From contig RHPI01000560.1 of the NCBI GenBank assembly GCA_009103225.1, positions 541,465 through 605,464 on the forward strand: a stretch of 64,000 nt of DNA, given 5' to 3'. Shown here in pieces: positions 35,821 through 46,941 of this stretch. The stretch's first letter is position 1, and the number at the start of each line of letters is the position of its first letter. The position numbers were made by a program, and so were the translations under genes. This stretch comes from Chlorokybus atmophyticus. Its lineage: Eukaryota; Plantae; Mesostigma and Chlorokybus algae. A model generated the notes under the pieces. The model was given only the letters and a program-made list of their open reading frames with translations, did not search any database and was not told the origin of the DNA.

Positions 35821-36302
35821 CTAGCCTTGCCAGGCCTGGCCGCCCTATGGTACAAAGGGTGGCTAGGCTGCCAGCGGTGTTGCGCATAAGACAACGTTAA
35901 ACCATACCGCAATTAAGCTCACCCACTGTTGGCCATTGCCACCGCCGCCGCCGCCACCACCACCGCCGCCACCACCACCGCTGCCGCCGCCGCTGCAGCG
36001 CTGCTAGCCACTGCACAACGCTCACAAGTCACTTGTGTCAAGTGTCAACTTGAATTAAGCCGTTGAGGGTTTGAATTGTTGTTCAAAACACGATGGCACA
36101 ATCATACAATTGCGCCATTGTCGCGATGGGAGCATTGTACTATGTTAATGGTACATTAAATGCATCGTATAAAAGTCACGTCTTGCCGGTAAAACGCAGC
36201 AACAAGTAGAAACTGCCGGTCACTTACTTGTCGCTAAAAGATCGCTGCAGCGCATGACATGCTACGGTTAGGTGAGGACCGACAGTCGGCTGGCACCGTG
36301 CG

Positions 36303-36337
36303 TTATAGTGACTTGTGGTGACCACAAGTCACTATAA
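36303..36337. repeat. Perfect 17-bp inverted repeat with 1-nt spacer
   Basis: ttatagtgacttgtggt-g-accacaagtcactataa. Confidence 0.95.
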
Positions 36338-37494
36338 GGGGACCTGCTTGCCACAACAGACAGGCCGCCGACGGTCAGGGTACAATCAACGGTCGGGCAT
36401 CACTGCAAAATGACGTGCTTGCCATTTCAGGCAAGCCGCCGTTGCTTCTACTATCGACCGTCGATTAGCCGTTAACAGTAGTCCACAATAGTCCAAGGCA
36501 AACCCAACAGTCCAAAAGCGACATGTCAGGCACGGTCAGGCACCCGTCAGTCCCTTGGTCACCGTGTAAAATTTGCAACCAAATGTGCCATAATCAAATA
36601 GTGTACATTATGAATGTTCATGTTTCTACATTTAATCTTGTCACCAACACGAGATTGGTTGACAACATAGTCAAATAACAATGCTGGTAAGAAAAATCAA
36701 GTCGGAGAAGTATTAACACTACGACTTTGAAGATTTATATGTTCTTGTTATCAGCGGGGAGCATTTTCCGGCCGCAAAGTCATTTAACAGCTCCAACTAG
36801 TTGATTTGTGGCAATCCATGTCACATGCGACCAAGTGAAAATGCATTTAATGTTGATGAATCAAGCAATAACCGACATTTGAATTCAGTACGAAACATCG
36901 GTGACATCCAAATTATGCATTGTTAATGAGTCTGTTATGGGTGTTTTATTAACACCACATCGGGGATTGTCATTTGTTGGATGCATTTTACTGGATGCAC
37001 AATGAATGCACAATCCCTAACACGTGCAACGACAATAGCTATGTCGATCAACGACGGAGAAAGGGCTGTCGTCGTCGTTGTGCATGTCGTGGCGGTCGTT
37101 GTCGTTGTGCATGCTGGCGTCAGCCGCAGCTGCTGCCACAACTCCACATCCAATAACCGCCCCTTCTGCACGACAAATGGGGGACATAGGCTGTTGTGGT
37201 GTGTCCCACGCCTGCCTGCTGTTGCTTCTACTAGTTGCATTGCACGTCGCTAGCCCTGCCCTTTAACCAACCCCATAGATTTAACCTAAGAAAGTGATTA
37301 GTTGGGTTGGAGTGGGTTTATGGGCGTGCTGCGTGTGCGTGTGTCTGCTCTGCTTTTGTGCGTGTGCATGTGTGTGCGTAGTATTGTATGTCTGCTCTGC
37401 GTGTGTGTGCGTATGTGTTGATGTGCGTGTGCATGCTGCGCGGTTCCTATATGCTGCATAGTGCTGCCGTAGTAAACCCATTGTTGTACCCCAA

Positions 37495-37893
37495 GGTGTT
37501 AACCATGATTTGTTGGTAAATAATGACGCTGTGCATTAGGTGCTGCGCACCTTTAGAGCCAGGAAAGCCCCAAAGAGTTGTTGGGAGAGCGACTCGCATC
37601 TCTATTCCTCGGAGGAAGACATGCCTTTTAACTGATGAAGCGATTACCAATGTTAACAATTGCAACCATGATGTGGGAAGAGACGCATGCACGGGTTTGG
37701 GTTTGGGTGTTAACCATGATTTGTCAGCAACTGACGACGCATGTGCATTAGGTGCTGCGCACCTTAAGTGCCAGGAAAGCCCCAGAGAGTTGTTGAGAGA
37801 GCGAGGAATAGAGATGCCTTCTATCTTGATGAAACGATTCCTAATGTTAACAATTGCAACCATGATGTGGGAAAAGACGCACGCACGGGTTTG
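37495..37893. repeat. Diverged tandem duplication, unit ~211 bp
   Basis: ggtgttaaccatgatttg...cattaggtgctgcgcacc...ccaggaaagcccc...aatgttaacaattgcaaccatgatgtggg...cacgggtttg occurs at 37495 and 37706. Confidence 0.9.
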
Positions 37894-39089
37894 CAAATAA
37901 CATTTGTACATTCGGCAACTGATGTGGTGCATGCCGGCAATTGTAATGGACTTCAGTGAGTGTGCATTGGATTCTGGCACAACCATTGCGTTAAGTCACA
38001 ACGAGTGCTTTGTGTGTGCACGTAGTCCCTACGCAAAGCGGCTATAAATGCAATAGAGAGGGGATACTTACGAGAAGGTTACCTCTACTTGTTAGTGGAG
38101 GTAAGTGCTGAGGTGGACGCCTGCATCCAGAAGTGCTATACATGCTTCGCCCTACCCCCTATTTCCTTCTCAACACTTGTGGGTGTTCTTAACGTCAAGC
38201 ACATACTGTGTCTCTATGCAGTTCAACAAGATCGGCTATAAAGCTCATCTTGACCAATTCCGTCATCAACTGGATTGTCCAACCAACATTGCAATTGCCA
38301 TGCAAGTAACAGACTGCACGATCACCAATGATCAGCACATGATGCGAAGTGCACTTCCACTTGGTGTTGAGGTGCAATACACGTGTACATGGTTGGCATT
38401 GCAGTGCTAGCAATCATTCTTGCAATAAACCGTCTTGAATCGGCGCGACACGTGGGCTTACAGATGTGGCTATTGTCGTTCTTGTCGATAGCGATGGGGG
38501 TCCTTCCCAATAGATGTGGCTAAATGTTTCAGCACGGAGGTGGAAGCGGTGGCACGGAGGCGAGCATGACCGGTGGTCCGTGAGTGCCTTACATAAGAGT
38601 ATGCAATATGTCAATGTGCTAAGTTTTGGTAGCATAATGCGAAGCTAGGGAACATCTTCCTGTGCAATCGCTGACGTGATGCTAGTTGCATCACAACCCT
38701 GCACGCTTTATTAACTTTATCTTTGTGTACGCATATGATAAAATTCATTATCGGTGTCAGCTGGAATATGTCTCTTGCTATAATCACTACAAGTGCGAGA
38801 TTTGTGTGTTGCCAAAATATTCATTGCAATGGCACGTGTCCTTATTACAATGGCATGTTCCTTCACGTACTGCGTGTTGCGAAAAGTGTTGGCAAAACTT
38901 TGAACCACCGGTATACATGAGAATGGGCAAGTTTGCAAGCTCATTGAAACACATCACTTACATTATTGCGCGAAGCACACTAACAATGCACACTCAAAGT
39001 TTGAGTGTAATCAAGTCTTGACCTTGGTGTCCACAATGTGAAGGAGTGGGTGTTATGAGTTGTAGCTGCCCCAAGCCAATTGCAAGTTG

Positions 39090-39460
39090 ATAGTTGACAC
39101 CATAGTGTCAACTGTCAACTTGTAACATCACCTTCGTAGTAGTTGATACTATGGTGCCAAAAACCACAAAGATGATGCTTCATATAGCATCATCTTTGGC
39201 TGGTATATCAATTACGCATAATGTGGATTACAATATTCCCCTGGATACAAGCTCCCTTGCGTATAAAGATGGGGGGCTTATATATGTAGCATCGTCTTTG
39301 TAGTTGTGGACACTATGGTGTCCACTACTACAAAGACGATGCCACATAGCATCATCTTTGCCTGGGATATTAATTACGCATAATTTGGTTTACAATATTC
39401 CACCGGATACAAGCTCCCTTGCGTATAAAAAAATGGGGTGCTTATATATGTATTACTTGT
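39090..39460. repeat. AT-rich tandem duplication (~170 bp unit) built from hairpins; probable non-autonomous mobile element
   Basis: tagcatcatctttg...aattacgcataat...tacaatattcc...ggatacaagctcccttgcgtataaa...gcttatatatgta occurs twice. A 25-bp stem hairpin lies at 39289-39342. Confidence 0.75.
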
Positions 39461-39563
39461 AAGTGTGCAAACCCCCATTGAGGCCCAGCTGACCTCGCTA
39501 GTTGCATCTGACACGCGTGGTTTGAACTGCACCTTGTGCGCATCAGGTGTAATGCATGCGAAT

Positions 39564-39564
<1 letters not shown>

Positions 39565-39659
<95 letters not shown>

Positions 39660-39660
39660 N
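39565..39660. repeat. Poly-C run (~95 nt) ending in N; length probably unreliable
   Basis: Directly visible; adjacent to an N. Confidence 0.9.
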
Positions 39661-40639
39661 TGTGGGATGAGTCTGTCACTCATACCAAGCGCTTTTGTAA
39701 TGCTGACGTCGAATACCACGGTGGTATTTCGTGGCATGAAATTGGTTGCTTGGTTAATTTATTTGTCTAGGCTAAATAAGTCATGCATTGTTTAACATAT
39801 GCGGTAATGTAGCACGTTAAAAGAAGAGTGCAAGAAGACATTGTTTAGGGAGAATGCAAAAGTATTGCACATATGTTAACAACTAAGTTGGTTATTATTG
39901 CATGTTGTTGGTAGCGAGTGAATTTGCCTATTGGAGGCATTAATTATGTGCTACTTGCCAAGCCATGTGAACTTGTTGGCCATGCATATTGCGACTATAA
40001 AGAAGCCCAACAATTAAGCATATAGCATATAATTGTGCCTAATAAACATAAACACTTGACAGCTCACTCATCTTTTGTGAAGCATTGCGCATTTGAATTT
40101 AAACATACTATATGGAATGTTAAACAACAGCGCGGGCCATACCTGCTCCGACCAAGAGCAGGTATGGCTCGCGCGGTTGAGTAGTCATTACTGTCAAGTC
40201 CGCGCTTTTGTCTGCGACCGCAAATTGCACTTGCAGTCTCCAAATGGTGAAATTACATGCAAAATTACTTGAACATGTATGCATCTGTAAACACTACCGT
40301 AGCTATCAACATTGCCAATATACATGAGAATTACCAAGACTTATCGCAATCATGATTGTAATGATGAGCTACGTTATAGTAAAAGGGATTGTGAAGTATA
40401 ACTTTGTAATACTTGATGGTTTATTACATTTACTTATGATGAATACGTGGTGAACGTACGTCAATTTCCCACATACCCACATGCAGTGAACCACATTCTC
40501 CGAAACAAACGCCACATTTGCGCATGCCGAGAATCTTGGAAGATGTGCCATTGCCCATTGGATATACTATCATTGAATGCATGACATACCGTACGGTCTG
40601 ACACACTGGTGGCACCCTGCTGCCAGCTGGCAGTCACAG

Positions 40640-41670
40640 GAGTGTCGGTCGCTGTGCGTAGGGAATTACTGCTGGCGGGAACGGCGGCGGCGGCGGCGGC
40701 AGTGGTGCGGTGTGGCGTGTATGCGAACGGGCATTGCCGTGGTTGCTGTCATCGAGCTTGGATAGCTTCCTGGTTAGCGGTCGTTTGTTCAAGAACGTTA
40801 GTGGTCAGAAGGGGCGACTGCTGCCCGTAGGACTGCTCTGCTGCCACCACAAGGTTGGAACGGTAGGCCGTATGTGCTTGGGAATTGCGTGTAACACGAG
40901 GCTTCTTTGTTAGCCTGGCAGATCGCTGCACGGTATTCTCATCACTCACGGTCACAAGGAACACACATTGGCTTGCATGGCAGCCAGGTGTCTACAACTT
41001 GTAGACTACAAGTGTGCTTGCTACATGCCTGCTTACGAATTGAGAGCAGGGAGAAGAGATGTTGCTTCGTTGTAATCTGCATTCGTGTGTTAATATCCGC
41101 TCTCTCACTATGTTTGGCATTGATTACGGTGCAAGCACCACGGCAGAGAAGGTTGCGTTGAAAATGCAGTTGTGCAGGGTCTCGTGCTGCCCACTGCCTA
41201 CTTCTCGCAGCCGCCCCTACCACGACGTCAACAGACGCATGGGAAATAAGCTCAGTACAGACTTCGAGCAATGCTGGAGAAGAGGTTTGCATACAGCATA
41301 TGTGGTTGGCAAGTGCGTCGGCAATATATGCATGTATTCGCGTGCATGTACTCATCACCAACTACACTCTTGTGGGAGATCATCACACCACCACCACCAC
41401 CAGCAAGGCGTGTGTGCACTTGCTATCTCTGCTTCCAGCACTTCAACAGTGAAGAAGCTGAAGTATGGCCGCATGTTGCAACTGACTGGAACGTCAGAGT
41501 CTTTGTAACATTGTAACTGTCCTGTTCGGTGCAGGATCAGTTCTACAGCGATGTTGCGCAAGGCGGGGTTGATTTCCTCCACCGAGGCGAACTGCCACCC
41601 AATGTGTTTCCATGCTGAGAGTTCAAAGACCGCATTCGCAACCAACTCTCTTCTATACTGGCACCAGGTA
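40640..41670 (+). pseudogene. Degenerate multi-exon gene remnant of unknown family
   Basis: Exon-like GC-rich blocks with splice signals (for example cag|gatcagttctacagcgat...ctggcaccag|gtaag, encoding DQFYSDVAQGGVDFLHRGELPPNVFPC*EFKDRIRNQLSS with an internal stop). No family recognised. Confidence 0.3.
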
Positions 41671-42975
41671 AGATTGTGCTGAGCCTTTGACTTTGAGTAG
41701 CGAATTGCTTCTCAGCCCCTCGTAACGATAAGCTGGCAGTGTCTGCAGTGTGGCGGAGTTTACAAGTACAGGGCAATGAACTCCAATCCGACCGTGCACA
41801 TCGCGATTGAGATTTGTCTAGGTATGTGTTTTTGGCTTTCACCAGGCCTTGATAAGTAGGGTCCGAGCTTAGAACAATGCATGGTAGTATCAAACAGAGC
41901 GCACACCGTCGAGGACGACATGCATTGTTTCTGACTCAAATATTGCTCAACACTGCACTATGCATAATTATGCATAGTTATCGTCATTGGTGTAAGCAGT
42001 CATATGGACAGTTGGTTTCAGGGCACTGCAGTTGTGACCTGGGCGCTGGTTGGGCACCCATCCCAACGGCCGGTCGATCATGAAGGCCGATGCAGCACCG
42101 GCATGCGAGTAATGTTAAGTGGGGGGAATTGTATGAAACTGAAACGGGACTACAGACGTGCATAGGCGGTCCATATTCAGTGGCAGTGCAGTGTGTGAGT
42201 GGTGTGCATGGTTAACTGAGTGCAGTATGATAGCGTTATCGTCGTGATAGCGAGCATGATGCGCAGAGATATGTACATAGATGTGTTCTGGTGTGCTACT
42301 CTTCAAGTTTAGGGGTAGTTCACCGTAAGATTGCGTATTGTCAATGGGTTTCTTTAGAGTGGGCCACCTTGCACATGTTCATTGCAAAATGGACGGTTTG
42401 TGTTTTTCTGCTGCAGTGCACATGCGTGCAGCAGTAGTTGCGTCATGATGACAGTATTCGACTGCTGCTGCTGTCGCGCAGGGCGCGAGCACATCACCGT
42501 GCCTTTTGATGAGCTGCCTGCCTTACAGAAACCTCTGCTACTGCTGACTGTATGTGTGACATGCCATAGCACACATTCGCATATGCGGGTGTTCGGCAAC
42601 GTTCGATACATGCACGCACACACACAAGCCTCTCGGAGTCGTGGACAAGGCCACATAGAGGCCCAAAGAGATGCGTGTAATGTTTGGTGAGCAAACCAGT
42701 TGCTGCAAGATGCGCAGTAGAAAAGCTAGACGAGCAGCATTGCAACAGCCTGGCGGCTCGAGGTAATTGCACGCAGGGATTGGGAACTGCCACGCAAGCG
42801 ACAAAAGTGTTGTAATTTGGGTCGTATACCACAAATAATCCGTCTCCATGCCCGGTTAAACAACCAACGATAATTATCTACAAGCTAGTGATACAATGTG
42901 TGCACGAAGAACAATATTCGTCAATCAACATATGTACCAATCTACAGTATTGCAACGTTTGTAGTACCCCACAGG

Positions 42976-45900
42976 TCAACTTGGGTAGCTCCCCTGCTCA
43001 TGGTTAAGCACGAACGTGAGAATTGCGGCGCCAATGTAAAGTACTGGCAGGATAAGCAGGCTGAGAAAGTCCAGACGGTTGACCGTCTCAACCGCAGTGC
43101 CAAAGTCTTCATGCACAAGTGTACGTATGCGCATCATACGCGTCAACCACCCGCGGTTCCTGTTCTTTGCATCTGAACAAGAAGCAGGGTTTTCAACATC
43201 GTTGTACCCGTCCTCACCCTTGCTATTGTCGCCGCACATGCTGCTGTTGTTCAGACCCGCCGTAGATGAATGTAAAGAGACCAGCAACGGTGCCGACAAA
43301 TTCTTCGGGACGACTTTTGGTCTGTTGTGGCTGTTGCTGTCGTCGGTGTTGTGGTTATTGTTGTCGTGGTTGTTGCTGTCGTGGTACTGGCTGTTGTTGA
43401 AATCGCCATCTTCACCATGGCTTGCAGGATGAGGTCTTAACCTTGTCTCGCCCTCCGCAACGAGCCCAGGCTGCTGCTGCTGCTCATGTCCGTCTGGCGC
43501 TATACATGATGGCCGAGCCGACACTGCTGAGGGCCATCCATGCTCATGTGTCGATGACGACAACAGCGATGGTGAGTTGGCTTGCCATGGAGGGGTCACA
43601 GTGGCCACCAAGCCGTTTGTTGACGCATTGACCTCAGAGCTGAGCTCCCTTGCTTGTCGGCGAGTCGAGCTCGCCTGCCTCGCTCTCCTGTACACGCGTG
43701 GTAAGGACAGTTTATAAATAAGATAACACGACTGCATTTGTGGCAAATCCAGCAGTCGCTGTTTAATGCTGTTTAAGACACAGTGCAGGATAGGAGACAT
43801 GCAGCAAAGCATGGCAGTACACAGCTCAACACAATGTACATGCGACATCCGTCCAGTTTCAAGTGAGCTGGGGCGTTGCGTGAGCGTTAACTGGCCATTG
43901 CGTGCAAGGGGGGCATACTTGCTCAGGGCGGAGGTCTGCACGAAGAGGGTGCCAATAGAGCGGATGGTGTTGGCGGCGCCTGAGGCGGGGTTGGTGATGT
44001 ATTTTCTCGTCAACCTTCGCCGGTTCAACGCAGCGGCCATCGCCTCTGCGGCGCTCCTCTTGCGCTTCCTCCTGATGTCCTTGCGGGTAAGGTAGTAAAC
44101 AGCGAGGCCCTCCAGCCCCACAACACTGATGGTGGCATATGAGACGACAACCTGGACAGTGAGGACGTTGATACGTAGTCATCACCAGCAACAGCTTGAG
44201 GAACAGACAACACGCACTCGTGCTTGCGCACAGGCACACGTACTCATAGACTCAGTTCACAACGGCACCTGGATGTGCAGTGCCGTAATGTACGACGACT
44301 TGGGCAGCTGGTCATTCACAACAAACTGCATCGCTGTCAACGCCAGGAACAACGTCACCACAATCTGCAGCCGCGTGTCCACATGCTCCTGCAAGCATAA
44401 TTCAAAGGCGGATGTGTACAAATGCCAGCAAGCTGCGCACAGTCTGGAATTATGTTTCAAGACAATGCAGGCACCACAGTATGCGCAGGTTGGTTGCTCA
44501 GAATATGATGCTATGTGTATCTTGTGCACTGCAAGAGTGAGCTACAGTTGCTGGGTCGTGGTTGTAGTGATCAGCAATCAAACAGGTACCCGCTAGGGTA
44601 CGCACTGGATGTGCTTACCATGTCATGGACTACTATATGTTGCCCTGTTCAGTGTTGTGCTCAGGTACATGACAACTGCTGGTCATGCCCAAAGGTACAG
44701 TCTGTTATGGCTGTGATAAGATATGCCACCAATCTAAACCAGCAATCACGCTGCCAACAGCACACGTGACATTGTGTCCAACCGCACAATGACCCAGTCA
44801 GTCACGCGATACTAAATACACTTTTTGGTACTCACCCTTGCAGCACATATGCACAAGACCATTGACAGCACTCACCGCAGATAGGAAGAAAGTAATCCAG
44901 GACATGGACACGCAGAGGCCCATGGGCACGATGATGTTGTAAACGTAGTAGGACGATAACCGCGACACCTCGATGGTGATGACAAAGTTCGGGTAGAAGA
45001 ATGGTGGCATCCCCGCCTCAGGCTTCAGAGGCAGCGGGTCCTCCGGATGCGAGAAGGTCCCGTACTGTGGGGTTTACAACTCTTGTAAGAGCAGTAGAGT
45101 GATAGCTGGGGTTGCAACACCAGGTCACAACAACACACCTCAAGCGTAACAGCCAGGGAGCGATTGTACGCATCCGTGCTCACGCTCTCCACCATCCAGC
45201 TGGAAAGGTCATTACCCCTACGTTCAATTACATCCTCACCGACCTGCAAAGAACAAGCGCATGAGATTGGTGAGAGCAAAGAGAGCCACAGCCATACACA
45301 CAATGGGTAATCAATCTGAACATAATCTGTTTTGATGCAACGGTGCGGCTGTCGATCGCACCTTTGAGCCAATGGAGGATGCAATGTAGGGCGCACGATG
45401 ATCAATGGCCTCCAGTGATATAACAAGGCTCTGTTTGTCGAATGGGAAGTTGCGAAAAGACATCGGCGTGTAGTAGACACCTGTAACAATTACACCTCAT
45501 TGAACAACCCACAATGATGACGTACTCCACATCACTGACAATATCACTATCATTGTTGCCATCACCATCGTCATCATGGTATACACCTACCATGGAGGAC
45601 CTTCAGCCATTGCACTGCGGAGTTGTTAACTCCGCCAACAGTCACAATCTCTGACTCTGTGCGACCATCGGGAAAAACATACGCATTGCGGAAGTTGGTG
45701 CCTGGCAGCCATATCTGCATGGAATGAGAATGGTAGTGAGAGATGTATGCGCTGAAGCTGTTGGAGACATCATGATGCAAACACATCCCACACTTGACAA
45801 GGCCAAACCTTGTCGCAACAAGAGGCCTGTGAGCTGCCTGAATCGGGCACAAGCGTTTGGCAAGGGCGGGTACACGACGCGATGTCAGTCTCATCAACGG

Positions 45901-46941
45901 GGGTGACCAACGCCGCAGCTGTTGAGCAAGCCAGTGGGTTAACAACTATTGGAAAATCTGTGGACAGCTGTATGCAATTTAAGGGCATAATCACAACTGA
46001 CCTCTGGTGTCTATCCAGCTGAAGCGTATGTATGTGACGGCCTCGAAAATGTACTGGTGATCTGCATATATGCATGTGTCTTGTTGGTCCGCAGTGTAAT
46101 GGTACGTCTTCAACCTGTGTGCTCTTACTCATGCGCTATCACATTACCGTCTACGGCTATAAGCCGGTCCAAGTAAAACGTAACGTATATTGGTGAGAAT
46201 TCTGTGGGAGGGACACCCTGCGCCTGGAACGGGACCGAAACCTGGAAGGAAAACAAGCTGCAGCCACTCACTTCTTCCAACACTGTATAGCATGTGATCG
46301 ATGTAGTGACTGTGGTAGTGTTTACAACCAAGAACTCACAACCCATGCGATTGAACTGTAAATGCTGAGTACACATCATGTGATTGCATAGGAAGTGTGG
46401 TTGTACATTCAGCTCACAGTGCTCAACGTACTGTGCTTGCATGCCATGTCCGGTACACAAGTGTCATGAAGAAACCTGCATGAATATATCTTGACACTCT
46501 TTCATTTGTTTCGTTCACTTTGCATTAGCTCCCATGCAAATTAGGGTTTGTAGCATGCAATATATATCTTGACACTCTTCCGTTTGTTTCGTTCACTTTG
46601 CCTTAGCTCCCATGCTGAGTAGTTCGTAGCATGAGCATGCCATGCTCAACTGTGCCCACAGTTGATCATGGCAGACCATGTGCCGGAACAAACACCACTC
46701 GCTGCACCACAGTGCAACCACTGAATGGTGACACAATGGCTTCAACTCAAGACCATGACAAGCAGAAACTGGCAAGCAAGCACGTCAAGCAGTTGCCAGC
46801 GCGCATTTGCTGCTTGCTGCCATGCTGAACCCAACTGCCGCTGGCAGCGCAGCTCACCTGCGCAAGCGCCACAGAGCTTGACAGCAGCAACGACAGCGAC
46901 AAGAAGGTCAACCTCAAGCACCGCAGCCCCCTGCCCGCCAT
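42976..46941 (-). CDS. Cys-less (Pro-loop) pentameric ligand-gated ion channel, paralog B, 11 exons
   Basis: Signal peptide MAGRGLRCLRLTFLSLSLLLSSSVALAQ, with the same exon set and phases as paralog A: SPIYVTFYLDRLIAVD, DHQYIFEAVTYIRFSWIDTR, CCDK-IWLPGTNFRN, GVYYTPMSFRNFPFDKQSL, YYVYNIIVPMGLCVSMSWITFFLS, EHVDTRLQIVVTLFLALTAMQF, LDFLSLLILPVLYIGAAILTF. Stop TGA at 42976-42978. Confidence 0.93.

Noticed and set aside
34325-35912. Regularly spaced palindromic repeats resembling a CRISPR array, plus several ORFs
   Set aside because: Spacing is irregular, there are no cas genes, the context is eukaryotic, and the repeats sit inside TIR/TSD-bounded transposon ends.
38100-38950. Possible degenerate transposase with Cys/His motifs
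   Set aside because: Many stops and no motif I could assign to a family; needs tBLASTx/HMM evidence.
39374-39795. Poly-Pro / poly-Gly ORFs
   Set aside because: They derive from a poly-C run next to an N, probably a sequencing or assembly artefact.
41100-41150. FGIDYGAS as an Hsp70/actin-fold phosphate motif
   Set aside because: Only a short match; no further fold motifs follow in any frame.
46484-46615. ~79 bp tandem duplication with TTAGGGTTT in channel B intron 1
   Set aside because: A single telomere-like unit in a small local duplication; not an interstitial telomere array.
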